Source: a virus
Direction: 5' to 3' (one strand)
Length of the DNA: 64,000 bases
IMG/VR virus record: IMGVR_UViG_3300027708_000033
Span: 32,001 to 96,000 of that record
Shown here one piece after another: positions 52,686 to 60,828 of this stretch. The notes beneath the pieces were generated by a model, which searched no databases, was not told the DNA's origin, and saw only the letters and a list, made by a program, of their open reading frames with translations. Positions within the stretch are counted from its first letter, which is position 1, and every line of letters begins with the position of its first letter. The position numbers and the translations under genes are program-made.

Positions 52686-52706
52686 CTAGTCTAGTCTAGT
52701 CTAGTC
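52686..52706. repeat. (CTAGT)4 tandem repeat in an AT-rich non-coding divergence zone
   Basis: ctagtctagtctagtctagtc read directly. Confidence 0.9.
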
Positions 52707-52824
52707 ATAGTCTCTTCTATGAAGTCTCGTTTTTGTCGCGTCCATGAAAGGTCATGAAACTATGAAAAGTGTTGACTAAAGATTTGTCAAAGAATCTGAG
52801 ACTAAAAGACTCGAAAAAAAAGAA

Positions 52825-52934
52825 TTATAACGAATTGGTAACATTGAGCGAAATTGTACATTTTGCTTCAGTTTTGTGATAGAGTCATTACATCAAGAAA
52901 ACTTGATAAAACGACGAAATGAAAAGAGAAAAAA
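52825..52934 (+). promoter_or_regulatory. Early cassette P1 (promoter, 5' hairpin, AAACGACGAAA leader)
   Basis: TGTACA..TTGCTTCAG..TGaTAGAGT; ATCAAG-AAAA-CTTGAT; about 110 bp similar to P2. Confidence 0.75.
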
Positions 52935-53222
52935 ATGAACACAAGCGAAAACATCAAAGACAACGTCTTTTACAACTCAAACCCTAACTTGAACTCACGC
53001 GCAGTTGCATTGTGGTCAATGGGAAACGTCGACATCAACGACATCGTCTGGTTGCATGGAATGAAGTATCGTGTTGTTGAAACTGAAGTCAGAATCCGTC
53101 GATTTGGAAAACTCTTCAAAAAGGGAATCAGAGTTGAATGTGTCAAAACTGGTCTTGGTTTCGGTGACATTCTTACCAACGCAAACGAGAGTTCAGACTT
53201 CAACGCAATTTGGGTTAGTTAG
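52935..53222 (+). CDS. Hypothetical early protein
   Basis: Flanked by P1 and a GAAA-loop terminator. Confidence 0.8.
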   Translation: MNTSENIKDNVFYNSNPNLNSRAVALWSMGNVDINDIVWLHGMKYRVVETEVRIRRFGKLFKKGIRVECVKTGLGFGDILTNANESSDFNAIWVS

Positions 53223-53237
53223 TAACCGCAAAAGATT

Positions 53238-53270
53238 TTGCTCACTCGAAAGAGTGGGCAATTTCTTTTT
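53238..53270 (+). terminator. Intrinsic terminator
   Basis: TTGCTCACTC-GAAA-GAGTGGGCAA then TTTCTTTTT. Confidence 0.85.
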
Positions 53271-53530
53271 GTCCGCAAACTCGAAGAATTTTTTTGTCCG
53301 CAAACGTAAAGAATTTTTTTAGTCCGCAAACTTGACGAAGCCTCTCGAGCTCGTGTCCGCAAGAAGAAGAAAAAAGATCGGTTCGCGTCTCGAAGAAAAA
53401 AAGTTAATCGAAGAATTCATCGAACTCATCGAACTCATCTACCGCACCGAATCGACCTCTCGAACGAGACCGCGTTGACTCGACTTGAGTCCGCAATCAA
53501 AAAGCCGCAAAAAGACTAGAAAAAATTCTT

Positions 53531-53639
53531 TATAACAAAATGGTAACATTGCGCGAAATTGGCAAAAACGCTTCAGTTTCGTGATAGAGTCATTACATCA
53601 AGCAAATGCTTGAAAACGACGAAACGAAAAGAGACAATT
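53531..53639 (+). promoter_or_regulatory. Early cassette P2
   Basis: GCTTCAG..TGaTAGAGT; TCAAGCA-AA-TGCTTGA; AAACGACGAAA. Confidence 0.75.
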
Positions 53640-53885
53640 ATGAATACACAAAAATGGGCACTTCTAAAAGAATCAGACGGCAACCGCGGAGCAAACGGTA
53701 AGAAGAAGGTTTACGAAATTCTTGTTGAAGGTAACAAGGTTACTTTCAGTTGGGGAATGGCAGAAAAGACTTCACGTCAGAGTTCAGTAATCATCGCCGC
53801 AAACGAGAACGCAGCAATTTGGACCGCGAAGCAGAAAATGTGGGACAAGGTTTCAACTGGTTACGTGGTTGCTTACGCGGTGTAA
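53640..53885 (+). CDS. Stand-alone WGR-like domain protein
   Basis: KKVYEI.V.G..V...WG......Q.....A...A....K..GY; start moved to ATG 53640. Confidence 0.7.
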   Translation: MNTQKWALLKESDGNRGANGKKKVYEILVEGNKVTFSWGMAEKTSRQSSVIIAANENAAIWTAKQKMWDKVSTGYVVAYAV

Positions 53886-53899
53886 GTAATCTCACGAAA

Positions 53900-53931
53900 G
53901 TCGCTCACGGAAACGTGGGCGATTTTCTTTT
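53900..53931 (+). terminator. Intrinsic terminator
   Basis: GTCGCTCACG-GAAA-CGTGGGCGAT then TTTCTTTT. Confidence 0.85.
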
Positions 53932-54089
53932 GTCCGAATGGATGCAAACTTTCGCTTCAATCTTCGCCGCGTCTACGCGCCTTCAGACGGCGAGATGATG
54001 CGCGATGGAGATTCGAGTCCGCAAGCAAAAACTCGTGAACTTCACCGCGAAAAAAGATTCAAAAAGATTTTGAAAAAGATTTGCGAATG

Positions 54090-54164
54090 TAGTGTACTTT
54101 GCTTCAATTACCCGCTATAATCGAATTATCAAGCACGCGCTTGAAAACGACGAAGGAGATTACG
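54090..54164 (+). promoter_or_regulatory. Early cassette P3
   Basis: GTGTAC..TTGCTTCAA..TATAAT (54116-54121); TCAAGC-ACGC-GCTTGA; AAACGACGAAGGAG. Confidence 0.8.
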
Positions 54165-54458
54165 ATGACTGAAAACGAAATTAAATGCCACGGTTTTGGT
54201 GCGCACAATCAGTACGAAATGAACATGAAAAGAAACTACAAAAACAACTTTGAAACTTGGTGCGAACATTGCGCGAAGGCGATGGACGAGACCGCAGGTT
54301 GGTTAGTTCGCTGGAATTGGAAAACTGATTCTCTAGTTCCATTCGAAAACGAGCAAGCAGACACCCAAATAAAAAGACTCGGAAACGAATGTGTAAAGAG
54401 GTTTCTAAGTTCGAAGGAAGAATACGAGTTCTTCGCGAAGCGAGCCGGCGAAGTTTAA
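54165..54458 (+). CDS. Hypothetical early protein, possible zinc finger
   Basis: WCEHC and GNEC; start at ATG 54165 after GGAG. Confidence 0.75.
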   Translation: MTENEIKCHGFGAHNQYEMNMKRNYKNNFETWCEHCAKAMDETAGWLVRWNWKTDSLVPFENEQADTQIKRLGNECVKRFLSSKEEYEFFAKRAGEV

Positions 54459-54477
54459 AGTCGACCGCAAAAGGATT

Positions 54478-54506
54478 TCGCCTGCGAAAGCGGGCGATTT
54501 CTTTTT
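54478..54506 (+). terminator. Intrinsic terminator
   Basis: TCGCCTGC-GAAA-GCGGGCGA then TTTCTTTTT. Confidence 0.85.
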
Positions 54507-54559
54507 ATCCGGAAAGAGATTTTTCGGTAACAGAACCGTTATAAATAATTTTAGCGAAA

Positions 54560-54634
54560 TGGTGTATTTGCTTCAGTTTTTGCTGTATAATTGAACTATC
54601 AAGAAAACTTGATAAAACGACGAAGGAGATTCAC
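54560..54634 (+). promoter_or_regulatory. Early cassette P4
   Basis: GTGTA-TTTGCTTCAG..TATAAT (54586-54591); TATCAAG-AAAA-CTTGATA; AAACGACGAAGGAG. Confidence 0.8.
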
Positions 54635-54895
54635 ATGGACGTAAACGTAAAAGCAAACTCAAAAGCCGTAGCAGTAATCCGCGAGCTATCTGGACAGGAC
54701 GCTTGTCACCGCGTAGGTTGCAGCGACTTGCAGAAGGCAAGAAAATTCAGCGATGTCTACTATGAAGAAACTGACTTAGCAACCGCAGAAGCAAACTTCA
54801 ACGAAGACCTAGGTGAAGATGCTGGTTACGACGACCCTTGGATTTGGTCAAGAGACGTGAAAGTTTATCCTTGCACTCTTGAAGTAAACAAGTAG
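54635..54895 (+). CDS. Hypothetical early protein (H.xGC...PC)
   Basis: Flanked by P4 and a terminator. Confidence 0.8.
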   Translation: MDVNVKANSKAVAVIRELSGQDACHRVGCSDLQKARKFSDVYYEETDLATAEANFNEDLGEDAGYDDPWIWSRDVKVYPCTLEVNK

Positions 54896-54902
54896 TCACC
54901 GC

Positions 54903-54939
54903 AAAGAAAGCCTCCTCGAAAGGGGAGGTTTTCTTTTTT
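54903..54939. terminator. Bidirectional terminator between converging early gene and terminase
   Basis: AAAGAAAGCCTCCTC-GAAA-GGGGAGGTTTTCTTTTT. Confidence 0.85.
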
Positions 54940-56353
54940 AACGGGTTCGGAAGATTCCTCCACCACCGTTTTTATTTCCGCCTCCTCGACCTAAGTCGAC
55001 TCGACGATGACTAGGAGATTTTGCCGTAATTTTTCCTCCAGAGAATCCCGCAGGAGGTTTGATGAGAAGCGCGGTCAATGCGTGAACGAGAGCATCGATT
55101 CGGTCAGGAGATTTTCCTTCGCCTGGAATCCAAGAATACATTTGCGATTCTAAGTTCACGTGATAGCCGATGTGATGTACGCGACCTTGCTGATACGCGA
55201 GCGTAATTGGTTCTGCGCGTAACGCTTTTCCGTACTTCGAATGAACTTCGAGGACCGTAACAGAAGGGTCGATTTGGTGAATTGCATTCTTCACCAACGC
55301 GCCTCCCTGATTTACTTCGGCGACAACCGGACATCCCCATTTCCTTGCCATGTCCACAACCTTTTGCGCCCAAACAGTCGGAGACCCGTGTATGGATGCA
55401 TCTTCTAAGACCCATGCTTGACGCTTGTACAAGTCGCCTTCGGCCGTGGAAGAAACTACAACGATTCCGCACTCGTCTTTTGGATTTTCAGCAACCGAGG
55501 GGTCGACACCGATTAGGCGCAAAGGTGTGTGCGGGGGATACGCCATTTGCCTAGATGCCTCAATAATTTCTTCGGTCCACATTGCGCCGTCAACGTCGCT
55601 CAACATTTCACCGTAAAGTTCTTGTCTAGCTAAAACTGTTCCATCATAGATTCCTAGCATAGTATCCAAGTAAGCGCTAGAAAGATTTCCAGAGTTGTCG
55701 AGCGTCGAGCCGCGAGTAACTTTTACAATGTCGCCTTTTTCAGATTCTTTGAGAAGAGAATACAGAATTGGCACGCGCTTAGGCGTTGTAGTTACCAATA
55801 GTTTTGGATGAGAGCCGAGACGAGTACCTACTCGCAAGTTGTCCCAAGCTGTCATTCCCGCAGCATCAGGAGTTTGTCTCCAAGCCGCAATCTCATCTCC
55901 CCAAGCGTGAGTGAATTGTGGACCACGTAGAGAGTCTGGTTCATCGGCGGTGAATAGTGTTGCAGTATTTCCATTTGGCCATGTCAAACGCCGCTTAGAC
56001 GGTTCGTAATGAGGTCTTTCGGACGGCGGAGTAACGTTCAAGATTCCTGATTCACCCTCGACGATAACGTCACGAACGTCGGCCGCGGTACGAGCGACCA
56101 ACGCAAAACGCCTTTGACCGGTGGTTGTGTACTTTGCTTCCTCTCGAACCCATTCAGATGCGAGCCTGGTTTTTCCAAACCCACGGCCTGCGAGTACTAG
56201 CCAAACGTTCCAGTCACCGAGAGGTGCTTGCTGCTCTGGACGGCCCCAGACAGACCAATCCCAAAGCAGAGATTCCGGGTCCATTCCAGAAAGAAGAATG
56301 TTTCTCTCTTCTTCAGGTAAAAGGGCTAATTGCTCCATTATGCTTTTAGCCAT
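54938..56353 (-). CDS. terL: Terminase large subunit
   Basis: AGRGFGKT Walker A, LRGPQ, WGDE Walker B, TTTP, RQELYGE, IGVDP, EVNQGG, SPDRIDA. Confidence 0.96.
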   Translation of the reverse strand: MAKSIMEQLALLPEEERNILLSGMDPESLLWDWSVWGRPEQQAPLGDWNVWLVLAGRGFGKTRLASEWVREEAKYTTTGQRRFALVARTAADVRDVIVEGESGILNVTPPSERPHYEPSKRRLTWPNGNTATLFTADEPDSLRGPQFTHAWGDEIAAWRQTPDAAGMTAWDNLRVGTRLGSHPKLLVTTTPKRVPILYSLLKESEKGDIVKVTRGSTLDNSGNLSSAYLDTMLGIYDGTVLARQELYGEMLSDVDGAMWTEEIIEASRQMAYPPHTPLRLIGVDPSVAENPKDECGIVVVSSTAEGDLYKRQAWVLEDASIHGSPTVWAQKVVDMARKWGCPVVAEVNQGGALVKNAIHQIDPSVTVLEVHSKYGKALRAEPITLAYQQGRVHHIGYHVNLESQMYSWIPGEGKSPDRIDALVHALTALLIKPPAGFSGGKITAKSPSHRRVDLGRGGGNKNGGGGIFRTR

Positions 56354-56411
56354 CTGAACTCCTGTTTCTATTTCGTCTCATTGTCATCCTACACTAGGCC
56401 GCGTATCAGGG

Positions 56412-56452
56412 AAAAGATAAACGCCCGCAATCCTGCAGGCGCTTTCTTTTTG
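56412..56452. terminator. Hairpin flanked by A and T tracts, possible terminator
   Basis: CGCCCGCA-ATCC-TGCAGGCG with TTTCTTTTT on one side and AAAAG on the other. Confidence 0.5.
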
Positions 56453-56457
56453 TTAGA

Positions 56458-56970
56458 CTAAACGATTGCTCTTACGTTGATGTCTCCGGTGAAGAGAAGC
56501 GTAAAGGTTTCTGCGTCTACCGTTCCATCACCATTTAGATTGTTCTCGGCTTGGAACTTTGCAACAGCTGATTTGGTCATGTCGCCGTAGTATCCATCTT
56601 TATCGGCGGCCGCTTCCACGTAACCTAGTTCTGCTAGGCGTCGTTGCATGTGATGAACGCTTAGGCTCTTACGAGCGTAAAGGTTTTTGTAAACGATTTT
56701 GTCTAGGTAGACTTCGTCAACAAGTCCGTAACCTACAACCGCGGGACCCGCAGGAGTTGGTGCCAGTTCTTCAATGTCCGCAGTCGTTACTGAGACGGGG
56801 GTTGCGTATTTCTGTTCCTGCTTCACAAGGGCTGGTTTTGCAGGCGCCGGTTTTGGAGGTTCAGGAGGTTCGATTGGTTCTTGAACTTCTTTGACTTCTT
56901 CGACTTCTTTGACTTCTTCGATTACGGGTTCCGCAACGATTTTTTCTGGTTCTAGGTTTTCTTCACTCAT
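56458..56970 (-). CDS. Protein with acidic/Pro-rich N-term and C-terminal peptidoglycan-binding (PG_binding_1-like) domain
   Basis: V..MQRRLAELGY..DGYYG..T..AVAKFQ...L..DG.V...T. Confidence 0.85.
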   Translation of the reverse strand: MSEENLEPEKIVAEPVIEEVKEVEEVKEVQEPIEPPEPPKPAPAKPALVKQEQKYATPVSVTTADIEELAPTPAGPAVVGYGLVDEVYLDKIVYKNLYARKSLSVHHMQRRLAELGYVEAAADKDGYYGDMTKSAVAKFQAENNLNGDGTVDAETFTLLFTGDINVRAIV

Positions 56971-56975
56971 GGTGA

Positions 56976-57563
56976 TTATCTTACTTTCTGCTTTGGTTGG
57001 TGAGTTACGATTCCAGGGTAATTGTACGATGACCGCTTATAGGGATTCACGGTCCAAGCGGACCAGTTGGTTCCCTTCCTGGACATCATAAAGGCAATCT
57101 TGCTGTTTGTTACAGGGTTAAACAAGTCTCTTACTGATTTTAGTTTGTATTTCTTCAACCTATCGGATTTCATTTCTCCGGACATGTTGATTTGGAAGAG
57201 GCCGTAACAACCTGAACTATTTAAGGACTTCGGTCTTCCAGTTGATTCACCTTTTGCAACTATCCAAGCGAGGCGGTGTTCTTTTCCTCTGAACCCAACT
57301 TCATACAGCAAATACGATAGCTCACGGTCCGTTAGCATCTTTTTGCTCGTGTACCATTTCATCGGTGTAGGTTTTATCAACGATGTAAGAGTCTTTACTG
57401 ATTTTGGCTTTGCAACCTTCAACGGGCCTGGAGCTTGAACTACTCGCATAGGTTTTGCAATAAGTTCAGGCTTCAGGTTTTCCGTCGGCAAAGGCGGTGG
57501 ATTTAGCAGGCAAATACCAATAAAGAACGCTAGTATTCGCCTAATGCTTCGGTTCGTACTCAT
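56976..57563 (-). CDS. Secreted/anchored lysozyme-like lytic transglycosylase
   Basis: Hydrophobic N-term RRILAFFIGICLL; catalytic ES (AKGESTG), YGLFQINM, LFNPVTN, WSAW; start uncertain. Confidence 0.8.
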   Translation of the reverse strand: MSTNRSIRRILAFFIGICLLNPPPLPTENLKPELIAKPMRVVQAPGPLKVAKPKSVKTLTSLIKPTPMKWYTSKKMLTDRELSYLLYEVGFRGKEHRLAWIVAKGESTGRPKSLNSSGCYGLFQINMSGEMKSDRLKKYKLKSVRDLFNPVTNSKIAFMMSRKGTNWSAWTVNPYKRSSYNYPGIVTHQPKQKVR

Positions 57564-57933
57564 CCGCAAGCTCTTCGAGGAAACTTTCTCTAGCCCAACG
57601 TTTTTTCGCTGCCTCGTCTTCAACCATGTGCATGATTTCCCAGACCTGATGAAGTGCGTCTACGAATCTACGACCTCTGGTTTTTGTGACTCTGTTTTTG
57701 AAGTTGTCGTAATCCGCAACGGAGATTGCGTTCTCCATGAATCCGTAAAGGTCTTGCTTGTGAACTACTGTTCTCCAAGAGTAGTCAGCATTTGGTGAGT
57801 ACTCGATTTCGGTTTGAGACATGAGCGCTAACTCTTCTAGAGATTGCTTGTCTCGCGCTCGAACCATCATGAATCTTTGGTCTTCGCGATGTGCAACCGC
57901 GCTAATGAATCCTGTTTCAGTGAATATCCACAT
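57541..57933 (-). CDS. Hypothetical protein (MWIFTETGFISAV..VRAR..DY.WR..DYDNFK)
   Basis: RBS AAGGAG; complete ORF. Confidence 0.8.
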   Translation of the reverse strand: MWIFTETGFISAVAHREDQRFMMVRARDKQSLEELALMSQTEIEYSPNADYSWRTVVHKQDLYGFMENAISVADYDNFKNRVTKTRGRRFVDALHQVWEIMHMVEDEAAKKRWARESFLEELADEYEPKH

Positions 57934-57970
57934 AAGGCATCACTCCTTTTCTATTTTTGTCATTTGTCAT

Positions 57971-58027
57971 TTGTGAAACTGGAAAGCGGAGGAGATTTTC
58001 CCCCGCCTTCCGAAGTTGCTTTCACAA
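57971..58027 (-). terminator. Hairpin/terminator downstream of the DUF6011-like gene
   Basis: GGAAGGCGGGGGA..TCCTCCGCTTTCC inside an outer TTGTGAAA..TTTCACAA pairing. Confidence 0.5.
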
Positions 58028-58621
58028 CTACATTTTGAATCCAAACTCTTTGCGGCATCTTGGACCGAGCTTTAGGTCTCGGCTGATTTGGTCAGTCAAC
58101 TCCGCACCGCACTTGCCACAGCATTTGTGAACTTCACCAAAAAGCTGAGTGTACTTTAGAGGGTCTTTCTTCACCAAGTTGATTACCAATTCGGTGTCCT
58201 TGAAGCTAAGCTTCGAGCGGTTGAAGTTTCCAGGAGCTCCGTGTAGTCGACGCATGTAAAGAACGTTCATGTATTCACGAACTTCGATAAACAAGATGTC
58301 TCCGTTTACCTTCTCGTCGATTGCTAGGTCGATTTCGTCCATCGGAACCGCGTACTTAGCTTTTGGAACTTCAGCTAGAAGGATTTGCATCTTGCCAACT
58401 GGAGATGGAGTTGCAGTTGAAGTTACTGAAGTTACTAGTGGCTTTGCAACGATAAGTTCGTCGATAAGCTTAGAAGCTTCCTTCTTGTCAAGCTGCTTGT
58501 CCGCAATCTTTGCTAGAACGGTTTTTGCGTTTGCCGTCTCGGTAAGGTTCTTCTTCTCGATTAGGTCTTGGATAAATTGAATCTGTTTTGGTGAAGCTTC
58601 AAAGAAAGTTGTAATCGTCAT
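58028..58621 (-). CDS. DUF6011-like zinc-ribbon protein
   Basis: C-term CGKCGAELTDQISRDLKLGPRC; N-term ASPKQ..I..L helical unit. Confidence 0.75.
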   Translation of the reverse strand: MTITTFFEASPKQIQFIQDLIEKKNLTETANAKTVLAKIADKQLDKKEASKLIDELIVAKPLVTSVTSTATPSPVGKMQILLAEVPKAKYAVPMDEIDLAIDEKVNGDILFIEVREYMNVLYMRRLHGAPGNFNRSKLSFKDTELVINLVKKDPLKYTQLFGEVHKCCGKCGAELTDQISRDLKLGPRCRKEFGFKM

Positions 58622-58695
58622 TTTTGCCTTCATTCTTGAGGGTTTTCGTTTACCTCATGTATCTATTATACAGTGTTTTCTGCAGAATGTACACT
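58622..58695 (-). promoter_or_regulatory. Early cassette P5
   Basis: GTGTACA-17nt(CTGCAG)-TATAAT; TGAGG..CCTCA hairpin. Confidence 0.7.
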
Positions 58696-58733
58696 TCATT
58701 TGCACATTTTTTATAACTTTTTTGGATTTCTTT

Positions 58734-58904
58734 TTACGCGCGGTTTGCTAGCAAAGCCATAGTCACGGCCGCTAAGCCAAAAGAGACGGCGGCAGAAATA
58801 GCGTTAGGCAGGAAGATTCCAACCAAGATAGAAGCCACGGCGAAGACCGCAGCTAGGACCGCAGGCCAAATTAGTTCGCGTAGACGGGCAAGTAGTAATC
58901 TCAT
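58734..58904 (-). CDS. Small two-TM membrane protein (56 aa, below the ORF-track cut-off)
   Basis: MRLLLARLRELIWPAVLAAVFAVASILVGIFLPNAISAAVSFGLAAVTMALLANRA; ATGA overlap with upstream gene. Confidence 0.7.
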   Translation of the reverse strand: MRLLLARLRELIWPAVLAAVFAVASILVGIFLPNAISAAVSFGLAAVTMALLANRA

Positions 58905-59104
58905 TTTTTCTCCTTAGGGTGGACGACGCCCAGTAATGGACGGACGTGGTGTTCTTCATCAAAGTAAGGTTCAGTATCATCATAGTACTCAAGTTCATTG
59001 AAGTTACTAAAAGCGGCCTCTAAAAGAGTAACTACTATAAATGCCGCAATTACGACGGCAATCAGAACTACTAATCCTAAAACTATTATAAATACTGGTT
59101 CCAT
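58901..59104 (-). CDS. Small single-TM membrane protein
   Basis: MEPVFIIVLGLVVLIAVVIAAFIVV; RBS GGGAG. Confidence 0.7.
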   Translation of the reverse strand: MEPVFIIVLGLVVLIAVVIAAFIVVTLLEAAFSNFNELEYYDDTEPYFDEEHHVRPLLGVVHPKEKK

Positions 59105-59106
59105 TT

Positions 59107-59379
59107 TTACTCTCCCTCTTCGCCTTGCCAAAGTTCAGGTCGAAGTTCATCGTCGAATCTGTCACCGCGATAGGAGTTTGAGCCGAAAGCAATGTCTTCA
59201 TTCTGTATCAACTTATCAAGAGAAAGAACGGCTGTGTGGTAACGTTCCTCAAACATGATGACGAGTTTAACATCGCCATCGTTCGGGTCGTCGACTAGCG
59301 CAACTTTGAACGGCGCGCCTCCAACTCCGTTTCGGTGAAAGTCTGCGTTTAGGATTTGTAAGTTCTTTAGGTCACTCAT
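59107..59379 (-). CDS. Hypothetical protein (DFHRNGVGG.PF)
   Basis: TAATG coupling to upstream gene. Confidence 0.75.
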   Translation of the reverse strand: MSDLKNLQILNADFHRNGVGGAPFKVALVDDPNDGDVKLVIMFEERYHTAVLSLDKLIQNEDIAFGSNSYRGDRFDDELRPELWQGEEGE

Positions 59380-59630
59380 TAGTCATCATACCGATCGTCG
59401 TCTCGGTCCGCTTCGTAATCGTCTCGGTCGTCTGATAGAGAACTCTCTCGGTAAGTCGAACCGCAGAACTCGCACTCGATTGCGTAGTTTCCCCAGTCAT
59501 CGGTCGCTGTTTCTCCTGCTGGATTTGTCTTGCCGCATTCTTCGTTCTCGCACTCGAACTCATCGTAACCTACTTCCTGTGAGTAGATTCCTGAACCTCG
59601 CATCGAGCCTTCTGGATAGTTATCAGACAT
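59379..59630 (-). CDS. Small acidic zinc-ribbon protein
   Basis: CENEEC and CEFC; TAATG coupling. Confidence 0.7.
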   Translation of the reverse strand: MSDNYPEGSMRGSGIYSQEVGYDEFECENEECGKTNPAGETATDDWGNYAIECEFCGSTYRESSLSDDRDDYEADRDDDRYDD

Positions 59631-59818
59631 TAGCCACCACACTTAGGTAGGTGTTGCTCGATGATTGCTTCGTCTCTAACACGACCGCACTTTGGACAGG
59701 CGATTTCTTTTCCTGTCAGAGTGATTTCCTTTACCGCAGGTCTGTCGTATCCTCCGAGTCCTTTGGACTCCCAGAAGATTTCTTTGACGTATTCTTTTTC
59801 GTCTTCGTAATCGTACAT
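59630..59818 (-). CDS. Small zinc-finger protein
   Basis: CPKC...H...C; RBS GGAG. Confidence 0.7.
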   Translation of the reverse strand: MYDYEDEKEYVKEIFWESKGLGGYDRPAVKEITLTGKEIACPKCGRVRDEAIIEQHLPKCGG

Positions 59819-59826
59819 AGTTTCTC

Positions 59827-60018
59827 CTATTCCCAGCTATAACCGTTGTTGATGTACATTCTCGCGTACTTTATTGCCTCGCGGAAGTCTTTGTTGGTTC
59901 CGTTCGACCAACTAGAAACTAGCGCCTCTTTGTCAATTACTTCGAGAATGATTTTTGCCTCAGCCTCGTCGCACTTTCCAAGCTTTGTAATTGTTTCGAT
60001 GAAGAATTTTCCTGCCAT
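59827..60018 (-). CDS. Hypothetical early protein
   Basis: First gene behind P6. Confidence 0.75.
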   Translation of the reverse strand: MAGKFFIETITKLGKCDEAEAKIILEVIDKEALVSSWSNGTNKDFREAIKYARMYINNGYSWE

Positions 60019-60090
60019 CGTGTGTCCTTTCGTCGTTTGTGGTTTTTACCACATAATTATTATACAGTGTAATGAAGCAAATGTACACTA
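60019..60090 (-). promoter_or_regulatory. Early cassette P6
   Basis: TGTACA-17nt(TTTGCTTCA)-TATAAT; TGTGGT-AAAA-ACCACA; AACGACGAAAGGA. Confidence 0.85.
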
Positions 60091-60125
60091 TTTGTGGAAG
60101 ATTTTTATAAGATTTCGGTAACATT

Positions 60126-60344
60126 CTAAGTATTCTGAAGTTCACCGCGAATCAGTAATTCTCCCATTACTCGTATCCGTATCTTGTTCAGTTCTTTAGA
60201 GCCGCGTCCAAAGTCCGCCAGTTCAATCGCATCATAGAGTTCTTTGAGCTGAAGAGTCGTGAATCCTCTGATGTTCCAACCTTGAGAGTTTTCTACATTG
60301 AGAACGGTCAACACGAGTTCTCGCGCCTTTAGCTTCGGTGTCAT
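60126..60344 (-). CDS. Hypothetical protein
   Basis: RBS GGAGG; upstream TAGTAT. Confidence 0.7.
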   Translation of the reverse strand: MTPKLKARELVLTVLNVENSQGWNIRGFTTLQLKELYDAIELADFGRGSKELNKIRIRVMGELLIRGELQNT

Positions 60345-60406
60345 TGCATTTCCTCCAGAGGTTTGATAGAAAAATACTATCTCGCCTCTGGAGGTTTTGT
60401 ATGCAA

Positions 60407-60667
60407 CTAGATTAGAGCTGGAACTTTTACCCCAATGAACTCGCTAGCTAGAAGGTAAGACTTTGTTCCACCTTCTGCTTTCCAGTCGTAGCCGAAGCCT
60501 TCTACCTTTGTAATCCAGTCTGGACGGGCGTTTTCCTGGTGCCAAGTTACGAACCCTTGGAACCTTTCGTAGCCGTAAGCTTCGTAAACTGGTTTTACTT
60601 CCGCACCGGTGTGAATGTTTGTGCTGGTAACTACTACTGTTGCAATGTCTTTTACTGTTAGGTTCAT
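60407..60667 (-). CDS. Hypothetical early protein
   Basis: Start moved to MNLTVK (60667) after AAGGAG of P7. Confidence 0.75.
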   Translation of the reverse strand: MNLTVKDIATVVVTSTNIHTGAEVKPVYEAYGYERFQGFVTWHQENARPDWITKVEGFGYDWKAEGGTKSYLLASEFIGVKVPALI

Positions 60668-60742
60668 GTGAACTCCTTTTGTCGTTTGCCAGATTTTCCT
60701 GGTAATACTATTATAGCACATTGCTGAAGCAAAAGTACACAT
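60668..60742 (-). promoter_or_regulatory. Early cassette P7
   Basis: GTGTAC..TTGCTTCAG..TGcTATAAT; CCAG-GAAAAT-CTGG; AAACGACAAAAGGAG. Confidence 0.85.
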
Positions 60743-60828
60743 TTCCAAAAGATTTATGAAAAAGTTTCTGCGCCGCGTAAAGAAGAATGCCGCCAACTAC
60801 TTTCGCAGCTGACGGCACTCGACTTTGT

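Noticed and set aside
52825-54939. Repeated cassettes as integron attC sites or a CRISPR mini-array
   Set aside because: The repeats are promoter/RBS and terminator elements; no attC core-site structure or integrase seen
56458-56970. Gene upstream of terL as terminase small subunit
   Set aside because: It has a peptidoglycan-binding signature and no HTH; no small subunit could be identified
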